From Bacilli bacterium (lineage in GTDB: Bacteria > Bacillota_I > Bacilli_A > RF39 > UBA660): 64,000 bases of DNA. The notes under the pieces are model-generated. The model ran no database searches. It saw only the letters and a list, made by a program, of their open reading frames with translations, and was not told where the DNA came from. Made by a program: the position numbers and the translations under genes. Positions 29,324-37,533 of the stretch are shown here, piece by piece (the first letter of the stretch is position 1; each line of letters begins with the position of its first letter). The DNA lies in assembly GCA_017541325.1 (NCBI GenBank), contig JAFXZI010000005.1:6074-70073 (forward strand). The letters are read 5' to 3'.

Positions 29324-32300
29324 ATGAAAAAGAATAAAAACAAAAAGGATACTAAAAATATTGAAAAAGAGTTAGAAGTTAAAGAAGAAGTGTCTACTGA
29401 TATGCCTACTGAAGAAAAAAAAGTTAAAAAAGGAATAAAGTATAATAAAAAACTATTATATATTATTCCTTCTTTTGTTGTTTCAATTATCATTTTATTA
29501 TTGGTTATTACTAGGACAAATGTAGTACCTAATATACTTGGAATAGATACAAATAAAACAGCTAGAATAACTAATATTACTTATCAAGGTAAAAATAAAT
29601 ATCAAATAGAATCTACTTCTAAATTTTTAGTAGAAACAAAAAATATTGCTAAAGATGATTTAAATAAATATCTTGCTTTAGAACCAGCTTATAATTATAC
29701 AATTGAAAATGTTGGTAAAAATAAATTTAAGATTACAGTAGATAATATAGAAGCTAATAAAGTAGTTAATATAGATTTTGTAAATAATGAAAAGATAGAT
29801 AAAAAATGGGCTTTTCAATCTAGTAATAAATATATGGTAAGTTCATCTTATCCAGCTAATAAAGCTAATAAAGTATCAATTAATACAGGAATAGATATAT
29901 CATTTACTCATCCTGGAACTAATATAGAAGAATTCAAAAAACGTTTTGTTATTGAACCAAAAGTAGAAGGAGAATTTACTACATATGGTAGGACAATTAC
30001 TTTTATTCCTAAAGATGAATTAAAACATGGAACTAATTATGTAGTTACATTAAAAAAAGGATTAAAATTAGATGATGATGAAATAAAAGAAGATTATTCT
30101 TTTACATTTACTACTGATGGAAAAGAAAGTGCTAATGCAGCAAGAATAATAAATGATTCCATAACAATAGATAATATTAGTACATTTAAATCAAGTGATT
30201 TACCAAAAATTGCAGTTATTGAAAATGAAGATGCAGAATATGATGAAGATGCTGAAGATGTAACTTATAATTCTATAAAGAAAGTAGTTGTAGAAAAGTT
30301 TTCAAATGCTGATGATTTTGAAAAATATATAAAAGGTAATACAACTATTAAAAGAGAAAATCTTGGAGAATATAAATTTCATAAATATAATACAAAAACA
30401 GTTGAACTAGATAAACAATTAGGAATTGGTTATTATCTATTTAATGTATATACATCAGGAAATCAAATTTTATTTAATTTACCAGTTCAAATAAATAATT
30501 TATCTGCATATCTTATGAATAGTGAAAGAGATTTAATTGTTTGGGTTGCCAATAATGGTAGTTTTGCTAAAGATGTAGAAGTCTCTTATGAAGGTAAAAA
30601 AGAAAAAACAAATGAAGATGGTATTGCACTTATTAAAAATATATCCGATGGATCATTAAATACAAAATATGTAAAAGTAAATAGTGATTCTAAAAATCCT
30701 ATTTTTGTAGGAATTAAAAATTATTCTTTAAATAATTATCCATATGGATATATTTATACAGATCGACCACTATATAAAAATACTGATGAAATAAATGTTT
30801 GGGGATATGTTCCTCTTGAATTTTTTGCTGATTCAGTTGATAGAGACAAATTTAGTATAGTATTTAATGAAAAAAATATACCAGTAAAGGTATCTGAAGA
30901 TGGTACATTTGATGCAAAAATTGCTTTAAATAATCTAGCTAGCGATTATTATTCAATTGAATTAAAATATAATAATACTTTTATAGGATATAGAGAAGTA
31001 ACAGTTGAGAATTATCAATTACAAAACTATATTTATGAAATTAGTACAGATAAAGAATATGTTGAAGCTGGAAAAAGTTTTAAAGCAACTATTAAAGTAA
31101 AACATGTTTCTAATCTACCAGCATCAAATAAAGATGTTAGTGTTGTTTTCTGTGAAAAAACATATAAAGGTAAAACTAATCAAGCTGGAGAAGTAACATT
31201 TAATTTAACTGCTTCAGTAGATCAAGATAATTATTCAAATAATGTACTTTATGAATCAATAGAAATATTAGGAACTGCTTTAGATTCAGAAGATTGGAAT
31301 ATAACATATCCTATATATGTTATATATAATAAAGTAGCTTTTGATAAGGCTAAATATGATGAAAAAACGAAAGTATATTCAGCTGAAATATTTAATTTAG
31401 ATTTAACAAAAAAACTAAATCCAGAACTAGAAGTTGTAGATAGTTTAAGAGGAACTCCTTATAAAGGAAAAGTAAATATTGTTATAAAAGAAGAAAAAAA
31501 TATTAAAACAGTTGAAAAAGAATATGATGAATTTACTAAAACTACTAAAAATGTTTATAGTTGGGAAACGGATTATGAAAAAGAAGTAGTTAATAAAAAT
31601 GTAGATGTAGTAAATGGAAAACTTGCATATAAAGTTGATTACGCATTTAAACAAAAAACAGATAATTCATTCTATTCATATAATATTTATATAACTGTTA
31701 AAGATTCAAACGGACATGAAAATGAAATTTATGATTGGATTTATTCAAATTATTATGATTTGGATGATGAAAAATTAGGGCCAAATGAAGTTGAAGCAAT
31801 ATCATATGGTTATGATACTTATGATTTGTATGAATACGAATTTAATGCTCTAACAGATGAGTGGGATAAGAAATATTCTGTAGGAGAAAAAATAAATACC
31901 AATATTTTAGATAAGACTCAAAATCCTATTAGTAATGATAATAAAGTATTAAGAATAAAATATCGTGAAAAGATTATTTCATCTGGAATAAAACCTTCTT
32001 CTAATCTAGATTTATCTTATGAAAAGAAAGATATTCCTGGAGTTGAATTAACTGGTGCATATTTTGATGGTAAAAACTTTTATCGTATGCCAAGTGGTTA
32101 TTATAAATACAACGAAGAAGATAGTAAGATTAATATAAAGATAACGCCAAATAAAAAAGAATACTCTCCTGGTGATGAAGTTGAAGTTAAAATCAAGACT
32201 GTCGATAAAGATGGAAAGCCAATAAAGAGTAATCTAAATATAAGTGTTGTTAATGAGGCTGTATTTAATCTTGTGGCAGATGATACAAGTATTTTAAGTA

Positions 32301-34132
32301 CAATATATAATTATAGATTCTTTGAATCATATACCTTCTCAACATATCGTAATTATGCTTTAATAGCATTTGATGGAGGAGCTGGAAATGAATCTGGTGG
32401 ACCGAGAGCAGATTTTGGAGATACAATTTATTTTGATAGTGCATCCACAAATAAAGATGGAGAAGCAACTGTTAAATTTAAACTAAATGATTCAGTAACA
32501 AGTTTTAGAATAACAGTACATGCAACTACTAAAGAAGGAAGTGTAGGTGCAAATTATACAAAGATTTCATCTACTTTACCGCTTGCAATAGAATCAAATG
32601 CACCATTATTTGTTAAATCAAGTGATGATTTGGTATTAAATGCAACTTCTATTTCACCAAAGAATAAAAATGAAAAAGTTAATTATACATTTGAAATAAA
32701 AGAATTAAAGAAAAAAATAGATAAAAGTGGTATTCCTGGATCTGTAGTATATGCTAATTTTGGAAAACTAAAAGTTGGTAAATATACTGCTGTAATAACT
32801 GCAAAACAGGGAAAACAAAAAGATGCAGTAGAGTATCCAATAGAAATAATTGAAACAGCAAATGAAATAAAGATAGTTGCTGAAGATAATATTAAAGATG
32901 TAAAGAAAATTAATCCAACTAAGAATCCTATATATGTAGAAGTATATCCAGAGTATTTGAGTAAATATATAAAATATTTAGATAAATTAAACGGATATAC
33001 TGAAAGATTAGATACTAAAATTGGATATTATAAAGCATTAGAGTTTGAAAAGGATTTTTATAATACAGATAATATTATAACTGTTGAAGACTTTTCTAAG
33101 TATCAAAAAGATGGTGGATTAAAAGCGTTAATAAACGGAGATAAAGATGATGTTTTAACTGCATTAAGTTTATATTACACTAATTATTTTGATATAGATT
33201 CTACCTCTTATTATGAAAAAATTGGAAAACAAACAGAAGAAGCTTTCTCTTCAGAAGACGCTTTAACTGAATATGAAAATAATAGAATTAAAGCATTACT
33301 TGTTCTAGCAGCAAAACATGAACCAGTATTATTGGATTTAAATAGTTATACACCTGTAAATGTTGAAGGATATATTTATAAAGCTTTAGCATATATTTTC
33401 TTAGGAGATTATGAAGAAGCAGAAAATATATATAAAAAGGATATAAATAAAGTTCCTGATGATTTAAAATCATTAGTAGCTGTAATAGAGACATTTGTAA
33501 ATCGTGATGAAGCTGGTAAAACAATTGATAATATTTTAAAAACAAAGAAATCAGATGATTATATTAACTTTGCTATTATTTCATATTTCTTAAATAATCA
33601 AGATGAATTATTACATGATGAAAAAGTAACTGTTACTTATGGAGACAAAAAAGAAGAAATAGTAGTTGATAAATATAATGTAAATAGATTAGTTTTATAT
33701 GATGCAAAAGATATTAAATTTAAATCTAAGAGTAAAAAAATAAATGTTTCTTACTATTATGTAGGTAAAGTATCAGAACTTGGAGATAAAGCAGTTAAAA
33801 ATATCAATATTTCAGTTAGTGGTAATAAAACAATTGGAAATACAATGTATTTAAATATTGATACATCTAAAACTGGAAATGGATATAGATATATGTATGT
33901 ATATTTACCTGCAAATGTTTCTTTATCACCTAATAGTTCTAATATTAAGAATGTAGGAGTATCTAAAGTGCTTGAAAATAAAGTATTAATATCTTTATCT
34001 AATAGTAGTCCTACTAAGTTTAGTATTCCATTAGTTGTTAAACTTCCAGGAAAATATACATTTGAAAGTATTATTATGGATAATAATGGTAAGTATAATA
34101 TTTCTAATGAAGTATCTTTTGAAACTAAATAA
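29324..34132 (+). CDS. Membrane-anchored alpha-2-macroglobulin-family (MG-domain) giant surface protein, no thioester motif seen
   Basis: ATG at 29324 behind aggtga. N-terminal TM (YIIPSFVVSIIILLLVI). MG2-type motif YTDRPLYKNTDEINVWGY. A2M-type segment FGDTIYFDSASTNKDGEATVKFKLNDSVTSFRITVHA. No CxEQ was found by eye. Confidence 0.75.
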   Translation: MKKNKNKKDTKNIEKELEVKEEVSTDMPTEEKKVKKGIKYNKKLLYIIPSFVVSIIILLLVITRTNVVPNILGIDTNKTARITNITYQGKNKYQIESTSKFLVETKNIAKDDLNKYLALEPAYNYTIENVGKNKFKITVDNIEANKVVNIDFVNNEKIDKKWAFQSSNKYMVSSSYPANKANKVSINTGIDISFTHPGTNIEEFKKRFVIEPKVEGEFTTYGRTITFIPKDELKHGTNYVVTLKKGLKLDDDEIKEDYSFTFTTDGKESANAARIINDSITIDNISTFKSSDLPKIAVIENEDAEYDEDAEDVTYNSIKKVVVEKFSNADDFEKYIKGNTTIKRENLGEYKFHKYNTKTVELDKQLGIGYYLFNVYTSGNQILFNLPVQINNLSAYLMNSERDLIVWVANNGSFAKDVEVSYEGKKEKTNEDGIALIKNISDGSLNTKYVKVNSDSKNPIFVGIKNYSLNNYPYGYIYTDRPLYKNTDEINVWGYVPLEFFADSVDRDKFSIVFNEKNIPVKVSEDGTFDAKIALNNLASDYYSIELKYNNTFIGYREVTVENYQLQNYIYEISTDKEYVEAGKSFKATIKVKHVSNLPASNKDVSVVFCEKTYKGKTNQAGEVTFNLTASVDQDNYSNNVLYESIEILGTALDSEDWNITYPIYVIYNKVAFDKAKYDEKTKVYSAEIFNLDLTKKLNPELEVVDSLRGTPYKGKVNIVIKEEKNIKTVEKEYDEFTKTTKNVYSWETDYEKEVVNKNVDVVNGKLAYKVDYAFKQKTDNSFYSYNIYITVKDSNGHENEIYDWIYSNYYDLDDEKLGPNEVEAISYGYDTYDLYEYEFNALTDEWDKKYSVGEKINTNILDKTQNPISNDNKVLRIKYREKIISSGIKPSSNLDLSYEKKDIPGVELTGAYFDGKNFYRMPSGYYKYNEEDSKINIKITPNKKEYSPGDEVEVKIKTVDKDGKPIKSNLNISVVNEAVFNLVADDTSILSTIYNYRFFESYTFSTYRNYALIAFDGGAGNESGGPRADFGDTIYFDSASTNKDGEATVKFKLNDSVTSFRITVHATTKEGSVGANYTKISSTLPLAIESNAPLFVKSSDDLVLNATSISPKNKNEKVNYTFEIKELKKKIDKSGIPGSVVYANFGKLKVGKYTAVITAKQGKQKDAVEYPIEIIETANEIKIVAEDNIKDVKKINPTKNPIYVEVYPEYLSKYIKYLDKLNGYTERLDTKIGYYKALEFEKDFYNTDNIITVEDFSKYQKDGGLKALINGDKDDVLTALSLYYTNYFDIDSTSYYEKIGKQTEEAFSSEDALTEYENNRIKALLVLAAKHEPVLLDLNSYTPVNVEGYIYKALAYIFLGDYEEAENIYKKDINKVPDDLKSLVAVIETFVNRDEAGKTIDNILKTKKSDDYINFAIISYFLNNQDELLHDEKVTVTYGDKKEEIVVDKYNVNRLVLYDAKDIKFKSKSKKINVSYYYVGKVSELGDKAVKNINISVSGNKTIGNTMYLNIDTSKTGNGYRYMYVYLPANVSLSPNSSNIKNVGVSKVLENKVLISLSNSSPTKFSIPLVVKLPGKYTFESIIMDNNGKYNISNEVSFETK

Positions 34133-34138
34133 TAATTT

Positions 34139-34166
34139 GACACATATATAATATATGTGTCTTTTT
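34139..34166 (+). terminator. Rho-independent terminator
   Basis: gacacatatat/atatatgtgtc is a perfect 11-bp palindrome, followed by T5. Confidence 0.75.
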
Positions 34167-34173
34167 ATTTGTA

Positions 34174-34202
34174 TTGACAAAAAAAATTATTTTTTCTATA
34201 AA
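34174..34202 (+). promoter_or_regulatory. Sigma-A-type promoter candidate for topA
   Basis: TTGACA at 34174-34179, a 17-nt spacer, then TATAAA at 34197-34202. Confidence 0.45.
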
Positions 34203-34222
34203 TATAAAAGAGGAGTGAATTT

Positions 34223-36250
34223 ATGGCAAAGAATTTAGTAATAGTTGAGTCTCCTAGCAAGAGTAGAACTATAGAGAAATATTTAGGAAGTGACTATAAA
34301 GTAGTTTCTTCTAAAGGACATATTAGAGATTTAGCAACTACTGGTAAGTATGGACTTGGAGTAGATATCGAAAATGATTTTAAGCCTAACTATATTCCAG
34401 TAGAAGGAAAAACTAAGACTATAAATGATTTAAAAAAAGAAGTAAAAGCACATGAAATGATTTATCTAGCAACCGACCCAGACCGTGAAGGAGAAGCTAT
34501 CGCATGGCATTTAAAAGATGAACTTGGAATAAAAGAAGATAATTATGGTAGAGTATTATTCCACGAAATTACTAAAGATAAAGTAATAGATGCTTTTAAA
34601 TCTATTGGTAAAATTGATTATGATTTAGTACATAGTCAAGAAGCTAGAAGAATATTAGATCGTATTATTGGTTTTAGATTAAGTAAGTTAATGCGTTCTA
34701 AAACTGGTGGTAAAAGTGCTGGTAGAGTTCAAAGTGTTGCTCTAAAACTAATAGTAGATCGTGAACGTGAAATAGAAGCATTTGTACCAGTAGAATACTG
34801 GACTATTACTGCAATATTTAAAGAATTTGAAGCTAAATTATTTGCCTATAACCATAAAGATATTGAAATATCTACTGAAGCTGAAGCAGATGATATTTTA
34901 AGTAAATTAAGCAATAAATTCTTAATAGATTCAATAGAGACAAAATTAAAGAATAAAAAAGCAAAACCCCCATTTATTACAAGTACATTACAACAAGAAG
35001 CAGTTAATAAACTTAATTTTACATCTAAGAAAACAATGTCTATTGCTCAAAAATTATATGAAGGAATTGATTTAAAAAGTGAAACAGTCGGACTTATTAC
35101 TTATATGAGAACTGATTCAGTAAGACTTTCAGATGAATTTATTAAAGCAGGATATGCTTATATTAATGAAAAATATGGAAAAGATTATGTAGGATATGTA
35201 AAAACAACAAAGAAAAAAGAAAATGTTCAAGATGCTCATGAAGCGATTAGACCAACTAGTATTAATAGAACTCCAGAATCGGTAAAAGAATATTTATCAA
35301 CAGATGAGTATAAATTATATAGTATGATTTATTATCGTGCTCTTGCATCTTTAATGGCTGATGCTAAAGTAAATGCTACTACTGTAGTGCTTGATAATAA
35401 TAATTATCAATTTAAAGCTACTGGTCAAGTGCTTGTATTTGATGGATATTTAAAAGTATATAAGGATTATGAAAGTTCAGAAGATAAAATACTTCCAGAT
35501 ATGGAAAAAAATAGAGAAACTGGTTTTATTTCAGAATCAATTGAAAAAGAACAACATTTTACTCAACCACCATCAAGATATACAGAAGCAAAATTAATTA
35601 AAGAAATGGAAGATTTAGGAATAGGTAGACCATCTACTTATGCAACTATTATCGACACTATAAAAGAAAGAGAATATGTAATACTTGATGATAAAAAGTT
35701 TAAACCAACTGAAATTGGAATTGAAACTACTGATAAATTACAAGAATTCTTTAAAGATATTATAAATGTAGAATATACTGCTAAAATGGAAAAAGAATTA
35801 GACGAAATAGCAGATCAAAAAATAACAGAACTTGAAATATTAAGAAAATTTTATGACGAATTTGATCCGTTATTAAAAAAGGCATTTACTGAAATGGAAA
35901 AAGCAGGTCCAGAAGAAACTGGAGAAACTTGTCCAGAATGTGGAAGTCCTTTGGTAATTAGAAAAGGTAAATATGGTGAATTTGTTGCTTGTTCTAATTA
36001 TCCAAAATGTAAATACATAAAAAAAGAACAAAAGGAATCAAAAGATATATGTAAATGTCCAAAATGTGGTGGGACAATAATTGAAAGAACTACTAAAAAA
36101 GGAAAAACATTCTATGGATGTAGTAATTATCCAAAATGTAAATTAGCTTCATGGGACTTACCTACTGGAGAGTTATGTCCTGAATGTAAAAGCCTTTTAG
36201 TAGAAAAAAATGGAACAATTAAATGTAGTAATTGTGATTATGAAAAGTAG
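34223..36250 (+). CDS. topA: DNA topoisomerase I (type IA) with three C-terminal Cys4 zinc ribbons
   Basis: TOPRIM start LVIVESPSKSRTIEKYLG, ATDPDREGEAIAWH, active-site region GLITYMRTDS. CPECG...CSNYPKC, CPKCG...CSNYPKC and CPECK...CSNC ribbons. Confidence 0.95.
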   Translation: MAKNLVIVESPSKSRTIEKYLGSDYKVVSSKGHIRDLATTGKYGLGVDIENDFKPNYIPVEGKTKTINDLKKEVKAHEMIYLATDPDREGEAIAWHLKDELGIKEDNYGRVLFHEITKDKVIDAFKSIGKIDYDLVHSQEARRILDRIIGFRLSKLMRSKTGGKSAGRVQSVALKLIVDREREIEAFVPVEYWTITAIFKEFEAKLFAYNHKDIEISTEAEADDILSKLSNKFLIDSIETKLKNKKAKPPFITSTLQQEAVNKLNFTSKKTMSIAQKLYEGIDLKSETVGLITYMRTDSVRLSDEFIKAGYAYINEKYGKDYVGYVKTTKKKENVQDAHEAIRPTSINRTPESVKEYLSTDEYKLYSMIYYRALASLMADAKVNATTVVLDNNNYQFKATGQVLVFDGYLKVYKDYESSEDKILPDMEKNRETGFISESIEKEQHFTQPPSRYTEAKLIKEMEDLGIGRPSTYATIIDTIKEREYVILDDKKFKPTEIGIETTDKLQEFFKDIINVEYTAKMEKELDEIADQKITELEILRKFYDEFDPLLKKAFTEMEKAGPEETGETCPECGSPLVIRKGKYGEFVACSNYPKCKYIKKEQKESKDICKCPKCGGTIIERTTKKGKTFYGCSNYPKCKLASWDLPTGELCPECKSLLVEKNGTIKCSNCDYEK

Positions 36251-36325
36251 TAGTAAAATACTGCTTTTTTTGTTGTAAAAAGATTTTTTATGTCATATAA
36301 TTAAATAGAGTAGGAAGGTGTCGAT

Positions 36326-37495
36326 ATGAATACTTTAAAGAAAAAAATAATAATTATTGCACTTATATTCGTTAGTGTATTTTTTATAGATAATTACACA
36401 GTTAAAGCTGACACTGTAAAATTAGACAATATATCATTTGAATGTATTTATAGTGATGGAAGTTTGTTTAATGTTACTTGGGCTTCAGATGATGATTCAC
36501 AAATAATTGTTAATAGAGATGTATATAATGTTAGTGGATCATCTAGTCAACAAGCAGGTTCAACTGGTGGAATTAATTACATTAATCCAGAAGGTGTAAG
36601 AGATTCAACTAAGAATCATTGTAGCCCTTACGTAATACTAGGACAAGTAAAAGATAATGAGAATGATGATGAAGAAAGTCCGATGACATATATTAAATAT
36701 ACTTCTCAAAGTGGTGAGCAGTTTAGTGATAGCGATATAAGTCAAGGTGATTCTTGGTTTTTATGGTGGAAAACATCAGATGGTGCAGATCAAGCTAATA
36801 AGAATTTAGTTGAAGGAAAACTTGTATCTGAAAGTGTAAAAATATTTAATACAGAACCTGATGATGCTGTTTATTTTAAAAAGGTTACAACAAGTAGTAA
36901 CGATCCAGTATCCTATATTATTGTAAAAAAATATGGAAATTTTGTAGTATTAGAGTCAAACGGAAGAACAACTCCTATACTTTATGGTTTTGGGTCTTTA
37001 TCATCTATGGCTGATGGGGACGTAATATATGTTAATGATCCTAGACCTCAAGCTTTTAATTCGACTTCTGGAAATTCTTCTTATACTTTTCCAGCTGTGA
37101 GGTTTCAATTATCTAAATCAGCAACTACAAATGTTAAGTATAAATATGAAAAGGTAAATAGTGATGATGTACCACCACTTGATCCTAGTTCTGCTCTTTG
37201 TGAACAATATTTAGAGCATACAGCAGGAACTTTAAGAGATATAATACAAATCGTTCAATTATTAGTACCAGCTTTAATGATAGTACTATGTGGTATTGAT
37301 CTTGCAAGAATAGTATTTGCAGGAAAGATAGAAGATGAATTACCAAAAGCAAGAAAGAGACTTATTATTAGATTAATAATTGGTGCTGCATTCTTCTTTG
37401 TTCCATTAGTTGTAAATTTAGTAATTACTATGCTAAAAGAGTCTGGTGGAGAAAACATGGAATTGATTGAAGAAATTGGATGTTTATTTAATTAG
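36326..37495 (+). CDS. Secreted protein whose C-terminal two-helix hairpin resembles TrbC/VirB2-type (ICE pilin-like) proteins
   Basis: Signal peptide IIIIALIFVSVFFIDNYTVKA. About 290-aa extracellular region. Then two helices, IVQLLVPALMIVLCGIDLARIVFAG and LIIRLIIGAAFFFVPLVVNLVITML, separated by the basic loop KIEDELPKARKR. The CDS is confident; the family assignment is by topology only. Confidence 0.5.
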   Translation: MNTLKKKIIIIALIFVSVFFIDNYTVKADTVKLDNISFECIYSDGSLFNVTWASDDDSQIIVNRDVYNVSGSSSQQAGSTGGINYINPEGVRDSTKNHCSPYVILGQVKDNENDDEESPMTYIKYTSQSGEQFSDSDISQGDSWFLWWKTSDGADQANKNLVEGKLVSESVKIFNTEPDDAVYFKKVTTSSNDPVSYIIVKKYGNFVVLESNGRTTPILYGFGSLSSMADGDVIYVNDPRPQAFNSTSGNSSYTFPAVRFQLSKSATTNVKYKYEKVNSDDVPPLDPSSALCEQYLEHTAGTLRDIIQIVQLLVPALMIVLCGIDLARIVFAGKIEDELPKARKRLIIRLIIGAAFFFVPLVVNLVITMLKESGGENMELIEEIGCLFN

Positions 37496-37533
37496 TATTT
37501 AAAAAGATTTACAATATAAGGAGATGATGAATA

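Noticed and set aside
34223-36250. topA as an ICE-borne topoisomerase belonging to the adjacent VirB2/VirB6-like pair
   Set aside because: The architecture is that of housekeeping topoisomerase I (TOPRIM, active-site Tyr region, three Zn ribbons). It has its own consensus-like promoter, and no second topA is visible to argue otherwise.
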